NCBI GenBank assembly: GCA_013265495.1
Contig: MU058213.1
Location: forward strand, 3,410,001 to 3,474,000
Source: Vicugna vicugna
Taxonomy: Eukaryota
DNA: 64,000 nt
Direction of reading: 5' to 3'
Position numbers and translations under genes: made by a program. Below the pieces are notes generated by a model that saw only the letters and a program-made list of their open reading frames with translations, was not told where the DNA came from and ran no database searches. Below, piece by piece: positions 1-13,289 of this stretch; within the stretch, counting starts at the first letter, position 1; every line of letters begins with the position of its first letter.

Positions 1-3000
1 AATGAATGGATCTACAGAAGGGCAAACCCTTAATAGCAGTTTTCAATGGACTATGTGCATGAAAAGGGATGGAAAGGCTTAACTCCAAATTAGACAGATA
101 TGACCCAAGCTCATTTCTTTACCAAGCTTTCTAGACAATACTTTAAAATAGTAAATAGTCTTCAATCAGCAAATTTAACACTGCTAACACCAAAAAAAAG
201 TTGAATATAAAGTTAAGACATAGAAGGTTAAAATGGCCCTGTATCACTTAGAAAGAAGTTTTCCATTCCTTTCAGAAACATTAGTGGTCCTCAACTGGGG
301 GTGATTTTTGCTTCCCAAAACACATTTTTTTGGTTGCCACAACTAGGAAGGGGTGCTACTGGCATCTGGTGTGTAGAGGCCAGAGAGGTTTGCACAAGTC
401 AGCCTCTGAAATGAAGACTTATCTAGCCCAAAATGTCAATTGCACCAAGAAACCCTGAGAAATGTAATCCACAGCTCAAAAAACTTTGTAAAATTTTATT
501 TATTTATGTATTTGGTAAATGTTGGTGGAGTGGAAGATTCATTTTGAATAGTACTAAATCATATTTTCGGTAGCACTAAAAAGTCTACAAAACAATAAAA
601 AAGCTACTTTGGAGGATTCTTCCAAAGGAATATGGTTTATTTAGAAAAAGTAGTCCATACAAAGCAGTATCATTAAAAAAAAAAAAAAACCCAAAAACTG
701 TCACACTGTTCTAAACAGAGATTTACCATAGTTTCATAAAGCAAACATTTTTAAATTTTTTTCTTCCATCAGTCCTAAGAACTAAGACCAATGAGGACTG
801 CATTCTTCAATAGCAATAGTTACTTGATTAATCTAGCCACTACAAATGCTAAAGCTATAATATAAATACACACACACACACACATGGAAAAAGCAAATCC
901 TCCAGAAACTGAAAAAACAAACACTTTTAATTCATGCCTTCTGCTCAGTCTACAAGAATTTGGCTTTTAAAGCTCATCAAAAGCAGTTTCTGAGAAGCAG
1001 AGGTTAAAAAAAAGAAAAAACAAGGAATGTAAGAGTCAGGAAAGTATTTGTCAGATTAGTGTCAGAGACTTTTGTGAGGATGATGCCTTTATCCACCGCA
1101 ATACATATCCCTAAAGCTGTTCACTTGGCTTCAGAATTATAGCCATTGAAGGTAGTTTGGTACATTTTTACCTTTTTTGTACATCACCATTGTCAACTGT
1201 TGACTGAGCTTGCTCTGTGCAGATTACCATGTTAGGGTAACTACCAATACTGCTTCAATGATTACAACTGTGTCTTCTTCCTCTCTTATTTACCAAGACC
1301 TGTACCAAATAATGAGCTTTAAAAATGTTTTAATAAAGAGTCTGAACACTATAAACTTTCAGAAGTACTGAAATAGCCCTTATTGACAATGAAAACTTAA
1401 TTTGGGCTACACTTTTTAGAATTTCTTCTAAAACAAATCAATAACCAGTGCTGTTTTTAAAATTCAAGTATAATCCTCAGCAAAATGCCTGACTCAACAC
1501 TATTGATTATTTTTCATATTAATAGCAATTGCCAGTTAAAAAGTTGAAAGTAATCAACCCTAATTAAGCATCTCTGCCTGTTAGAGATAAAAATCACCAC
1601 TCAAAATTACAGCCAGGAACAGCAGGGCTTTCAAAAAGGTAACCTCTAATGCATTTATTTATTAATTGAAATACTCCTTCCACCTAACACCCTGCTTGAG
1701 AGATTTGTTTTCTGCTATTCTTTTAAATTGCTCTGGACCTCTCATCAATAGGCCCAGCTGTTAAATTCAGGAGCAGTGACAACAAATGCCTGGGCAAACA
1801 AGAGCTGAGAGTGAGGCCTTTCTTTAGAATAATCAGAGCTAGTTGACACAGAGGGCCATACCAAACGTCTTTTCAAAATTCCATTAAGAAGCTGGGCAGA
1901 AATAAAATAAACACATTTATATACATCTTAAGGCAAATTATAATTCTACCCCCCAGTGGACCTTGCTTCGTTAAAAATTTTTTAAAAATCTAACAACCTT
2001 GAGAAACAGTGAGACAGTGTTACAAGTTTCTGAAGATGAGAAATGAGCCTCACTAACTAAGTGCAAAGTGGGAAAAACTGGTTCCATTACCCAGAAATTA
2101 TCAAGTACCTGATAAATCTTTTAGGCAGGCTGACTTTAAGAACCAAGTGTCACTGTAAATAAGCCTGTGGAACTAGATATGCTTTTACTTCCCTGACTTA
2201 ATGTATGGAATTTTATAAGATGGTCAACTTTTAAGTTAAATGTGTACTTTTGAACCATACCCCTTTCTCTTTTTTTTCCTGGACCCCAGAAAGCATCATC
2301 TGAACCTTATCTACAATGCTGAAGGATTGGCCTCTCTAAATACCTCAGTTCTATCTTATTTTTCCAAAATCAAACAACTTTTACTTTTATGTGAGCACTC
2401 TTGAATTAGGGCAAGTAACTGTTAATAGCTTGATTTGAAGTAAACATGCACACAAGTAAGAGGCGCTGTCCTCAGAGCATCTGCAAATCTCAAGAAAAAG
2501 TTGACAATGAAGCAAAATCTTGCCCATCTTGGGTCCAGGATCATTAATAAAATTCAAGATCTAGCATAATAGTCTCATAGTTTTTTATCTTTCTCTTTTC
2601 AATACACCACCCACCCTCTTTTCTGTCTAACATGACTTTAAGTGTTTTCAATGTTTTAACTTCACATTTCAAGATCAGCTTTGAGCTATAATTTATGTAT
2701 TACTCTTTAAGATAGGAACCACAATCACAGAACAGTTTTTCATTAATCTCAGCAAAAAACCTCAAGTTTCATCTCAAACTGAAGTGATAAACATTTTATT
2801 CATGGAAAACCACCTACATCCTTTTAAGGGAAATGATTATGGCTAAATAAAGTTATAGAGATGAAGCCCCTTAAACAATTTTATGGATGTTTGAACTAAC
2901 CTCAAAATTTGGGGGGAAATATCTATCATAGAATTATAATAATTCCTACGGTCTTTCAGCTACAGATGCTCATTTTAAAAACTATTTCGTACCCAAGTGA

Positions 3001-6000
3001 AAAGTCCTGAAAAATCTAACAAATATAAATCAGCTTTATGTTCTCTTTGCCTCTATCCTAAGACTTCAATTTCCACCTTTTATGGAAAGGAAATAAACAA
3101 CCAGCTTCCTGTTCAATCACTAGCTTACGGCCAGTTCTTTACACATCACAGAACACTACCCACCTCCTCCTCTACTTCTCTCCAATGTCTCTTATCTTAA
3201 TTTAAACTTGTTGAAATATGAGAATGTTCAACCACACTAATGCTTTCCTATGAAATTTATCTTTCTTACTTCAACATTTGAATGCAAGAAATGTCAAGAT
3301 GTCATGGATTATTTCTTACTCCTAAGATATTTGTATTAAATTATTTATATAGTGAAGACTTAGCACCTATGAAAGTGAAATTTTGATTTGCCTAAAGTTG
3401 AAAGTACTGCAATTTATAGGAAATGGTTTCATCTGTGCTTACTATTGTATGCAACTAGAAAAAGGGCCTCCCAGATCACTTCCCTTTCTATTCTAATTAC
3501 ATGAAAATGTAAAACAGCTAAAATGGCTATCAATAAGGGGGATTAACTTTTTGTGAAAAACTAAATATTACTTTAACCCTATACTTTCCTTTAAAAATGG
3601 GATGCTTTAGAAAAACTAAGTTAGACAAATTCTTTTGTGCATGGATGAACAACAGGAAAGCAAAGCCTCCAGGCCTTTGGGGAGGAACCTTGTCCCCACA
3701 GCCGGCTCTGATGTGCTTGGGAGATAAGGCTCCACAGTGACACTTAAGGAAAGGCCTGTTCACATTTGAATTTCTGCATTCCTCAAGAACAATTCATGGC
3801 AATAACTAACTTTGCAGAAGAGCTACATGAAAGCTTTGGCCAATGAATGAGGGTCATCTGCTCTTTATCACAAGGGTAAACCTCATCCTGGCCAGTTTCT
3901 AACCTTTTAACCCTGTGAATTCCTAATTTACACATGAATAATGGAATTCTTGCCTAGAGTGCAACTTTCAGCTTCTAGTTCCTAAGTTTAGAAACCAAGA
4001 CTTGATTGCCTGTGTTAAAAATCTAAAACTTGCACAGATTAAAGTTTTAGATTTCTAGGTGCTGTACTACTTATTATACTTCAGAACTAAAAGATATGTT
4101 TGCTGACAAAATCCTTGACCACAAAATAAAAAGAACATACTTGCCCCCTGCTGTTATCAATAACTAGGAGAGAACAAGCCTTAAAAAAAAAACAAACACA
4201 AAAACCAGAATGTCCACTTAATGCCTATTCTCTTCCTGTTTATTATGTATCACATCTTTACCAGGATAAAGACATTTGAGCCTACAGTGTCACTGGACAT
4301 TACTTCTCAGTATCAGAACTAACTCTGTGAATTTTAAATCTTTAAGAAATCTACTTCTAAAGAAAAATCTAAACACACTATGAATTTTTCATTTTAAATC
4401 TATAATACTGGATGCAATTTCCTAGCAAAGTTCCTCCTCCAAGTTAAATAAAATACATGCATATGAAAAATGTGGTTCCTACAACTAATCACCTACAGCT
4501 GATATTTAATAGCAATGTTCTATATAATTTAACTGAGTTTCTGATCCTTAAAATATGAAAACTCCTTCACCATAATAGCCTTCAAAATATTTGTTATCAA
4601 TTTTTATAAAGATACCAAATCTAAAGCTACTCAAAAAGCCAATACCAATATCTGTTTCACTGTTATTAACATTTGTTATACTGTTTAGAATTTATTTATG
4701 AAGTCAGAAAGCTCTGTGTGTTTTCAAAATATTTCTGAGTGCTCGAGAATTTTGTCAGGCTTCTAAGGAGGTCCTGGAAATACCCTGTGGTCATGACAAA
4801 TGCTTCACCTTTCAAGGCCCCCCTCCATCTTTCCATCCTGCCCTTCTCCTCTCCAGGAAGGCAATACAAGTTACAGGTCCTGGATATGAAAACACAGGAT
4901 TCCACAAACCCAAAAGGGGGGGGGGGATTACAACTCTATAGGACAATTTTACATTAGACAAAAAATTAAGTGAATAGAATGTAAGTGTGAAAAAGCACAC
5001 TATCCTGAAAACAATACTGTACTGAAAAACCACTACTCAACAGCAACAAAAAATAATTACTGGCCAATGACTACAGCAAAAAAAAAAAAGCAAGCAAGCT
5101 AGCTTATCAGATATTCTCTCAGATTTACGCTATTCTTGGGGGGGTGTTAGATTTAGCAACTTCTCTACTTTTCTGACATATTTCAATGTAAAATATCTTT
5201 CTTGCAATTTATTTTCTACTATTATCACTGTCCAAATTACTAAAATGAGGGTGGCACAAATATGGCCATGGACTATTACAATAAAGTCACCCAGGAAACC
5301 CCCACCAACAGCTTCCTAAATTTCAACTGTGAAGACCTTGAAGAGACTATTTCCTAAAGATTATGCCTTTATCTCAAGAGCTCTCTCCCCCTATTGTTCA
5401 ACTTGCAAATGATCAATTTCCAGGTATAGTGTAAAAAAGTGCTATCTTTCATGGATTAACAAAAGCTTGTATCTAGGATGCCTGTAAAACTATTCTTAAG
5501 ATACAGTTGTGTTGTGTTTTGTTTTAAGATGGAAATTGTTTATTGTAATCTTAAGTGCTGGGTATCTGATCACCTGAAGAGGTGAAAAGCCTCAGGGAAA
5601 CAAGACGTTCCCTAACTCTCCTGGGCCCATGTGTACACTCAACAGCTATCAGGTCAACCACCAAGCAGTGGATCACTCGGACAAATGGTTGATCTGAGGG
5701 CGTTGTTAATACAAAGGAAACCATTAGACAGCAAACTTTATGACAAATGGGAAAAAGTGAGCAGATCTGGTTTAAGTCCATGAGGCATAACATGGAAATG
5801 GTCTTAATCTCTTTCTCTCCCAGCAGGAAAAGCCTAGAAATACTTCAAAGGCTTGAGAGTTACTGACCAATGCCCTCTCTTACAATTAAAAAGCAACATG
5901 GGTGATCTTAAAGCAGTCAGAGAAATGGAAGGTTAGGCTATATGAATGATTTAACTTTTAAGGGCCATCTACAAAGCAGAAAGAGTTGCTTGTGATTTTC

Positions 6001-6342
6001 AAAATTTAGTTATTAATTTACAAAAGACGAGATTTTGTCCTGTTGGCCAAACTTTTCACCCAACTCTTTTCATAGTTTGAAACACTTAAATTTATACATA
6101 GTCACCTTTATATAGGTTTTGGTGTTCTAAACCTAATATGACTTTTGTTTTTAATCACTCATTCGAATTTATATCTATATACGTTTTCTTCAAATTTTTC
6201 TGCGTGTCTTAGCACCAGCTACTACCTCCAGAAAATTCTTAACGTTCGTATGATTATGGGGGGTTAGCATATTAATGAATCAAGAAATTATCAAAATGTT
6301 AGCAGTGAAAAATGTCAAACAATCAAAAACATAAACACTTAC
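1..6342 (-). other. PRTG: PRTG intron 2 (5' part; continues beyond the window start)
   Basis: Follows the exon 2 donor. No recognisable PRTG exon 3 (Ig2) sequence; AT-rich with few recognisable repeats. Confidence 0.85.
282..457. mobile_element. MER20-like hAT-Charlie DNA transposon fragment
   Basis: tagtggtcctcaactgggggtgatttttgc...gtgctactggcatct...cccaaaatgtcaat...aaaccctg resembles the MER20 consensus. Confidence 0.75.
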
Positions 6343-6645
6343 TTGATAAGGTAAGATGAGCTTTTTGACTAAGAATGGCTCCAAATTTGTTCATTGCCAA
6401 GCACTGATAAAATCCTTCATCAGACTGCTCTCCTCGCTTGCCTTCCACCTCACTGATGTATAAAGAACCGTTGGACAGAACCTGGATCCGCTTATTTTCA
6501 GACACTTTTGCTCCATTTTTCAACCAAGTGACTTTAATAGGAACTTCTCCATGAGCCTGGCAATCTAAAATGACTGGGTCCTTTCTTGTGACAGTTATAT
6601 CCTGCGGTTCTTTTATAAAAAACAGTTCGCTAAAGCACCATACTC
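6343..6645 (-). CDS. PRTG: Protogenin coding exon 2, first Ig-like domain ([45 protein letters not shown]...[26 protein letters not shown])
   Basis: Acceptor ttccttgtag|GA (AG 6647-6646) and donor TCAA|gtaagt (6342-6337); 303 nt, phase 1-1, open frame. Ig motifs C..W..DxGxYxC are present; near-identical to PRTG Ig1. Confidence 0.97.
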
Positions 6646-8858
6646 CTACAAGGAAAAAGGGGGAAAGGCATACCCAGAATTATCCGTATAAAATCATTTC
6701 TTAACACACAACTGTAAAACACATATTCAGGATGTAATGAGACAAAGTTGAACCACCATATTAGTTAACTTACAAATACCTTACTTAACAAACCAATCTA
6801 AGTTTCAGCAAACCTTCTCAACAAATCAGAGAAATCTTTTTACAACATGCTTTACACTAAAAGCATAGGAAAGATTTCAATAACTTCTATGTCCTTTAAG
6901 AATTCTGTTCTCAAGTGCCTTACCAGAGTTTCAAAATCATCAGGAAAACTCTTGAGCACAAGCTGTTGGCCACTTTTACAAGCTTGTCAAAAAGATCTTG
7001 AACAGAGTAAGTCGTAAAAGTCTAATTTTACAAGAAATCATTAGCAAAACTCTGACTCTGTGAACAAGCAAGTTTATTTCCTTGTCCCTTGAAGAGTTTT
7101 TGGAACCCTTGGCATCTACTCCTTTGGGAAGTACGTTTATCTTTTGTGACAAATTACAGGTTTGCACTTTTATATCTGCCTTTTTACAGCAAGGACTCTG
7201 TCTCCTCTCCTTGAAAGAGAGCCATTTACTTAATTTCTGCAGAGTATGGTAGGTATTTAAAGGACAAACAGTTGACTTTGAAAAGTTGGTAACTCTTGCT
7301 GCTTGTACTCAGTGGGTGATCGGATTAGGAAACTTTTATTTCATTTTTTTAGAACTACCAACTGCTGGAAAAAATGCGTGACTAATTGGTCCTTACTGTC
7401 TAATAGAGACAGGAGATTGCTTAATCAACCAATACACATTTTTATCAGAGCAGAGGAAAAGCTTTATTCTAAGCATACACATCGTCCGGTTCCCTCTAGG
7501 ATAAAGCATCCGATGACCAGCTAATAACCCCGTCACCTCCTGCATTTAGCGGAAAGGTCAGCTAAAGTCTTGCATATTGATTGGGGCCGAGGAGAGTATT
7601 AGGGGATTGGGGGGTGGGGGTAGGGAAGGGAGACATTTAATCTTCCTTCTGATTGTCTTGAATTCATGATTACAAATCCTTGGAACTGATCTGTTTCTCA
7701 TCAAGGCAGGTCCTCCAAGCCTCACACACTAGTCACGCTCCCACGCCCGGGCTGCCGACTTCTAATGGATGCCCAGGGCGACGCGAGCGACTCTAGCAGC
7801 CCCGCGCTTCGAGGACCACTCCGGAAGGCGCCCATTGTGTTTCCGAGTCACATCTGACTTTGATCCTTTTCTCACGCTAACAGAAAACTAACTCCTCCAG
7901 AAAACAAACAAGCCAACCCAAAAAACCCCACGAAAAGTCTGGGGTTTCTAACCTGTAAATAAGTAAAATAACCCATTCTCCTGAACACCTCCCCTCCATC
8001 CACTTTACACTTTTTAACTTTCTGAGGATAAAGCAACACAGATGCAAAAGAGAAAAATTAGTTCATTCAAGTTTGCGCAAGGCCAACCTGGAGTTTGAAG
8101 GGGATCTTCAGATTCGTACACATCTCAGGCCCTGCCTCAAAATACCTGGCTGTGAGAAATAAATCCTGCTTAGATACCTTCCTTCTCAGTTTTGGGACGT
8201 TTCTCGCGCCCTTCCGGGGCACAAATGGGCCACAAAACGTCCAACCCTCTTTTTCCAATTCCACCCCTCCTCGCTGGATCCGGAAAAGTGGGGGCACTTA
8301 GGGGTCTGACCTGGGCGCTGAGTTCGCCCATTCTCCCCCCTGCCCTAAAACGTGGGTGAACCCCCACTGCAAAGAGGGGAAGCCGCGCGGAAACGCGGCG
8401 CCCCCTGCGCGGCGAGGCTGCCACTAAGGAAACAATATAAATAAAGCCACGTGCGGCCGCGGCAGCCCCGGCGGGCGCGGGGCCCGGGCTGGCCACGGAG
8501 GCGAGGACTCGGCCGGAACGCGGACAATGGCGCGAAGAGAAAGGGGCGACAGTGGACAGCGGACGCCGGCCCTGCAGCCTGCGGCCGGGGGAGCGCAGCG
8601 GGGAGGGGCGGGCACTGGCACAGGCGCCCACCGCCGCCCGCGCCCCCGCAAAGCCCGCGGGCACCTCGCGCTTCCAGCAGCGGCTCCTGACTGGCCGCAG
8701 GGAGGGGGCAGCGACGGGGGGGTCGGTCAGCGCTCCGGCAGAGGACCCCGCCGTCCCCCGCCAAACACCCTCCCGCCCCGGTTGCCCCCCTTCCCAGCCC
8801 ACGCGCGCCTGCTCACGCCCCACCCGCGCAGGAGAAACGCAGAAGCAAGCGCGCCCAC
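6646..8858 (-). other. PRTG: PRTG intron 1
   Basis: GT...AG boundaries between the two identified exons; about 2.2 kb. Confidence 0.93.
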
Positions 8859-8946
8859 CTGGAAGGGAGCCGAGGAGCAGCAGGAGCGCGCCGAGCAGCA
8901 TCCCCGGCGGCTGCGGCCGGGCGAGGGGTCGCGGAGAAGGCGCCAT
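8859..8946 (-). CDS. PRTG: Protogenin coding exon 1 (signal peptide MAPSPRPLARPQPPGMLLGALLLLLGSLP-G)
   Basis: ATG at 8946-8944; 88 nt, then phase-1 donor CCAG|GTGGGC (GT at 8858-8857). Closely resembles the human PRTG N-terminus (MAPPLRPLARLRPPGMLLRALLLLL...). Splices in frame to exon 2. Confidence 0.96.
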
Positions 8947-8967
8947 TCAGCGGGGCTGCGCGGGCAT
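8947..8967 (-). other. uORF MPAQPR* directly abutting the PRTG start codon
   Basis: Minus strand reads AGC ATG CCC GCG CAG CCC CGC TGA ATG GCG: in frame, zero spacing. Confidence 0.75.
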
Positions 8968-11175
8968 GCTCCCCGGCTGCCCCGCGGCTGCTGTCCGCCT
9001 GCCGGCCCCCGCCTCCGGGCGCTCCCCGCGCGGCGGCTGGACGCGCGCAGCCTGGGCTTCTCTGCTCGGGCACCGGCGTGGCGTGGCGCGGCCGGAGGCT
9101 CGTCTCTGCGGTCGCGACGAGGCCGGCGCACGGACACCCGCTCGCGGGAGGCGGGGGGCCCGAGAGTCCGGCCCGGGGGCGGAGCGAGGCGGCGGCGGGA
9201 GGGGGCGGGGGCGGCGGAGTGGACAGCGCCGCCGCTGCCGGCCTGGGGACTACTTTCTACATCTGGCCCCTGGTCTGGGGACCGCGAGGTCGGCGCGGCC
9301 CGCGGAGGGAGACGCTGGGAGGGGGCCCGGTGGCGGCCGGGTCGCGGCCCCGGGGGGAGGGGGCGGTCCCCGCCGGACAATGCACCTGGGGGTCAAGCCC
9401 CGGCTGAGGGTCTCCGGCCCGCGTCCCCGCCCCCTCTGCCTCCCCGCCACCGTCGAGGACGGAGCCACAAAGGCCGAGCCTCCCGGCCCGGCCTGCCCCG
9501 GGGGCCCCTCTGCGCCCCCCACCCTGGGCTTGTTTGGGATTCGGGGAAGGAGGAGGCGGGGTGGGGGAGGGATGGTGTTGAGAGACGTCGAAAGGCCGGA
9601 GACTTCTCCCCTGATGGCCCCTGCCCATCCCCCTCCTCCCCTCACACGCCGAGGCCCTGTGGAGGGAAAACTATTTCCCACTTCAGAGATTTGTCAGCTC
9701 CGCTGGAGGCATCTCCGGGTGATAAGCCTCCACATTTGGGGACGGTTCCTATCCTCCCTGCCGCCATCAGATGCAGCCCTGGCTTAAAAACATCCCTGAA
9801 GTGTGCCCTGAAATGAACAATTACCGTTTGGGGAGACGTTTTATTATCTCTTTCCTAAGTTAGTCAGGCTCTTCAGTTCGTGAGAGTTGTGCACACAAAA
9901 GGCCCTGTCCTGAGAGTTGAGGCGAGATCAGGAGATTTCCGGATTGTCCGTGCTGGGTCTGGGGGCTAGGCGTTGATGGACTACCTGGTTAGAAGTTGAA
10001 CTGACTAGGAAAGACACAAATGTGAGTTTGTTCTCATCTCTTAAAAATTAGTTAAGGATAACAAGAGAAGTTAACAGGGACATTAAAAATGTAATCGGTT
10101 TGGTAAACATGTGCGGATCAGGGAGAATATTTACATGTGGATTAGCATTCCTAATCCGAAACTAAATCTATGGCCATGATGATGACACAGGCCAAAACAC
10201 TAACCTTAATGAAAGCTACTGACTGAAATCTAGCTTTTGTCACTAAGACATCAACTCACTCACTGCCTTTAGCGTGTTCCAGAAATCCTCCCTCTGGAAA
10301 AAAAAGCGAGGGAATCAACAGTTTCAGAACATCTGTTGGGAGTAACCTTCCCCGGAAGCTTACTATAATAGGGATCAGTCTACTTAACAATTTCAACTTA
10401 ACTGCGTGTAAAACGGTAATACCCTCGGCTCTGTTTCCTCCAAAACCTAACTTACCATTTATATGAATTTCAAGTACTTCTAAGCATCAGAATAGTCATG
10501 GAAAGGAAAAATGTTTAGAGGTAATAAAATGAAACATTAGCAAAGATGTTTTAAATATCTGACAAATTTACACAGTCGTATTCTTAACTGTGTGCCTATT
10601 CAACTGGATCTTTTTATTGGATGACTTTTTCCCTCTGTCTTGACTCCCCCTTCTCCCAGTTCCCTTTCAATCGATCCTAAGTGCTCATATTTCCTGGATA
10701 AGAATTGCTAATAAGATGCTTTTATGCTCTCCTTTTTGAATAAATCAGAAGAATAAAGGCTAGGGGAGAGAAGAGATAAACTAAAAAGCGAGGGAAGAAC
10801 TTTTTTTTTAACTGCCACTTCGCTGGTTCTTTAACATTTCAATTAATCATAGGAGCCTTTGATTCTCCTAAGATGGCTTTGAGTGGTACTGAGGAGGAAC
10901 ACAGCATTGCATTGAATATAAAATAATATATATATGATATACATATATATGTGCAATGAGATTAAAAAACCCTAATTAAACTCTTCTAATGTATTTATTT
11001 TCCCATGTTGGGCAGCAATAAGTTTACTCTGATGATGTAATTATACTATGTTATATAAAATTTACAGTATACCTACCCAAGGTCACTTATTAGAAAGTGG
11101 TAACTGGAAACCAGAATCCATATCTTCTTTGTTTGTTGCTGTTTCTACTGTATAATCCTTTATGTCTTTAAACTT

Positions 11176-11262
11176 CTTTTTTTCTTTCCTTTTTTTCTTT
11201 CTTTCCCCTTCCTTCCTTCTTTCCTTCCTCTCTCCCTCCCTTTCTTCCTTCCTTTATTTTTC
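11176..11262. repeat. CT-rich low-complexity tract
   Basis: Degenerate TTTC/TTCC repeats. Confidence 0.85.
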
Positions 11263-11469
11263 TGTAACACCTATTCCTCTGGGATTCAGAATTTATAGCA
11301 TGCTTCTTTAAATAACATGGTATATGTCTTCTTGGACAGTTACATTTTCTTTCATGTATAATATTTGTCTTACGTATGTAGTAGGCTGTGTAAGCTACCT
11401 AGGCTCTTGTTACCCAGTTCTCGAATGCCCCACAGATTCCAACGCAGTGCCTTGAATATAGTAGGTGGC

Positions 11470-11660
11470 ACTGTAGTGGCTAAGAGTACAGTTTGGGGTT
11501 TCTGACAGACTAGGGTTCAAACTTCAGCCTCATGTAGATAAATTATTTATGCTCTCAATCCTCATCCATTTAATGGGAACAAGTATGGTACCAATGGGGT
11601 GCTGTGACAATGCGTGGAAAGTACCTGATGTGTAGCTCTATGAATAAATTCTATTATTAT
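11470..11660. mobile_element. MIR-like SINE fragment
   Basis: gacagactagggttcaaacttcagcctc...ctcaatcctcatccatttaatgggaacaag resembles the MIR core. Confidence 0.55.
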
Positions 11661-12397
11661 TTTGTAAGTAAATATTCTCAGTAGTGACATCTGTGTCCTT
11701 TTAGAGTGGGTTTAATTTTGCAGTACTCAAGTTTTTAATAGTCAAATCTGATTAACTGGTTGGGTGATCATCCTGATGGTTACTCTAAGGATTTATTGAA
11801 ACAGTTCCTAAGCTGGTCCTAAAAGAGGTAAGAAAGACCTAGGTGTTTAACCTCCCAAAGTTACCCCCTTGATAAACAACTACCTAAGCCCTCTTTGCTT
11901 GTATATTCTAAAACAAGGAAAATTATTTTCAGGCCCAAAAGGATAGAGCCTATATGGTTAAAAGAGAATTGAAATATGATGGTAGATTTCAAAAAAAGGA
12001 ATGAAGTTTTGCTAAATAAATTCAAGACTCCTGGCCTTTCAGGGGGGAAATAATGACATAGTTTCACTTACCAAATTATGGAGCTGTACAAAGTGACCTT
12101 CAGACCCTCTGACCACTAAACATTATCTGGTTCTATGGAATCATAGGACCATTTGCATATGCTCATGAATCAGAGAGAGTAAGAAAATGCAGCAAAAGCC
12201 CAGAGTCGTTCAGTTTTTTTCCTGGAGTTGAGCTCCTACTATGCTGCTTAGGTGGCCAGGCCCTGGGTGAGGACCACATGCTATGGTCTTCATGTGACTT
12301 AGGAAATCACACCATGATGAGCTTAATATTTGCCATCAGAAACATCCTGAAATGGATTATTTTAAAAGTGGTGGTAAGTTTTCATGGAATTGAAGAA

Positions 12398-13010
12398 CAG
12401 TGCGGCTGCTATGGAAAACAGTATGGCAGATCCTCAAAAAATTATAATAGAACTATAACACGGCATAGCAATTCCACATCTGGGTATACATAATTGAAAA
12501 TAGGGTCTTGAAGAGATATTTGCAAATCCATGTTCATCACAACATTATTGATAATAGCCAAGATGTGGAAGCAATCTAAATATCCATCAACAGACAAATG
12601 GATAAATGAAGAAATATACATATATATATATCTCACAAACATATGGTGAAATACTACTCAGCCCTAAAAAGGGGGAAGTCTTTTTATATTCCAGAACATG
12701 GATAAACCTGGAAGGAGTTATGCTAAGTGAAATAAGTCAATTGCAAAAAGATATATAATGCATGATTACACTAATAGGAGGTATCTAAGCTAATCAAACT
12801 CATAGAAACAGAAAGTAGAATGGTGGTTGCCAGGGGCTGGAGGGAGAAGGAAATGGGGAGTTGTGCCTGAATGGATATGGAGTTTCAGTTGTGCAGTGTG
12901 AAAAAGACCTAGAGATCTGTTGTACAATAATATGCATATTGTTAATACTGTACTGCACACTTAAAATTGTTGAGTAAATTTACATTGTATGCTTTTTTTT
13001 TTAACCACAA
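12398..13010 (+). mobile_element. Old L1 (L1MA/L1MB-type) 3' end
   Basis: gctatggaaaacagtatgg...agcaattccac..tgggtata...atgctaagtgaaataagtca...gaaagtagaatggtggttgccaggggctgg are typical L1M ORF2-end/3'UTR motifs. Confidence 0.85.
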
Positions 13011-13289
13011 TTCTTAGAAAGTGGGTTATAAATGCATGCCAAGGGCAGTGCTGATATTGACAAAGCGAAAGCTCATATTTACTAAGAAGATCAAGGTAGG
13101 TCAAGAAAATGGAAGAGCAAAACACATCTTGATTCCAACAAGACATTTGACCATCTACATCTCATGATATTCTTATAAAGAAATGTTGATTCGATGTTAA
13201 AGGGGTTATGCAAAATAACATTTGATTGAAGCATCTACTCACTCTTGTTCAAGGGCTCCATGTTGCCAAGTTTCTTTCTGAAATCTTTT

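Larger units (their letters stand above)
8350..9700. promoter_or_regulatory. PRTG: CpG island / PRTG promoter and 5'UTR
   Basis: Very high GC and CpG density; GC boxes (GGGGCGG) near 9175-9215 and 9360; spans the first coding exon, with a CpG shoulder back to ~7730. Confidence 0.93.

Noticed and set aside
4141..4156. CTCF-like motif ACAGCAGGGGGCAA (minus)
   Set aside because: Imperfect match with no supporting context.
6323..6523. 66-aa stand-alone ORF
   Set aside because: It is the distal part of PRTG exon 2 running into intron 2, not a separate gene.
8170..8858. Remainder of the 258-aa ORF that starts at the PRTG ATG
   Set aside because: Read-through into intron 1 past the donor at 8858; only the first 29 codons match PRTG.
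8527..9816. Long + strand ORFs (429 aa, 411 aa) and other overlapping ORFs in the CpG island
   Set aside because: Low-complexity R/G/P/A translations, expected where extreme GC content depletes stop codons; no domain-like content.
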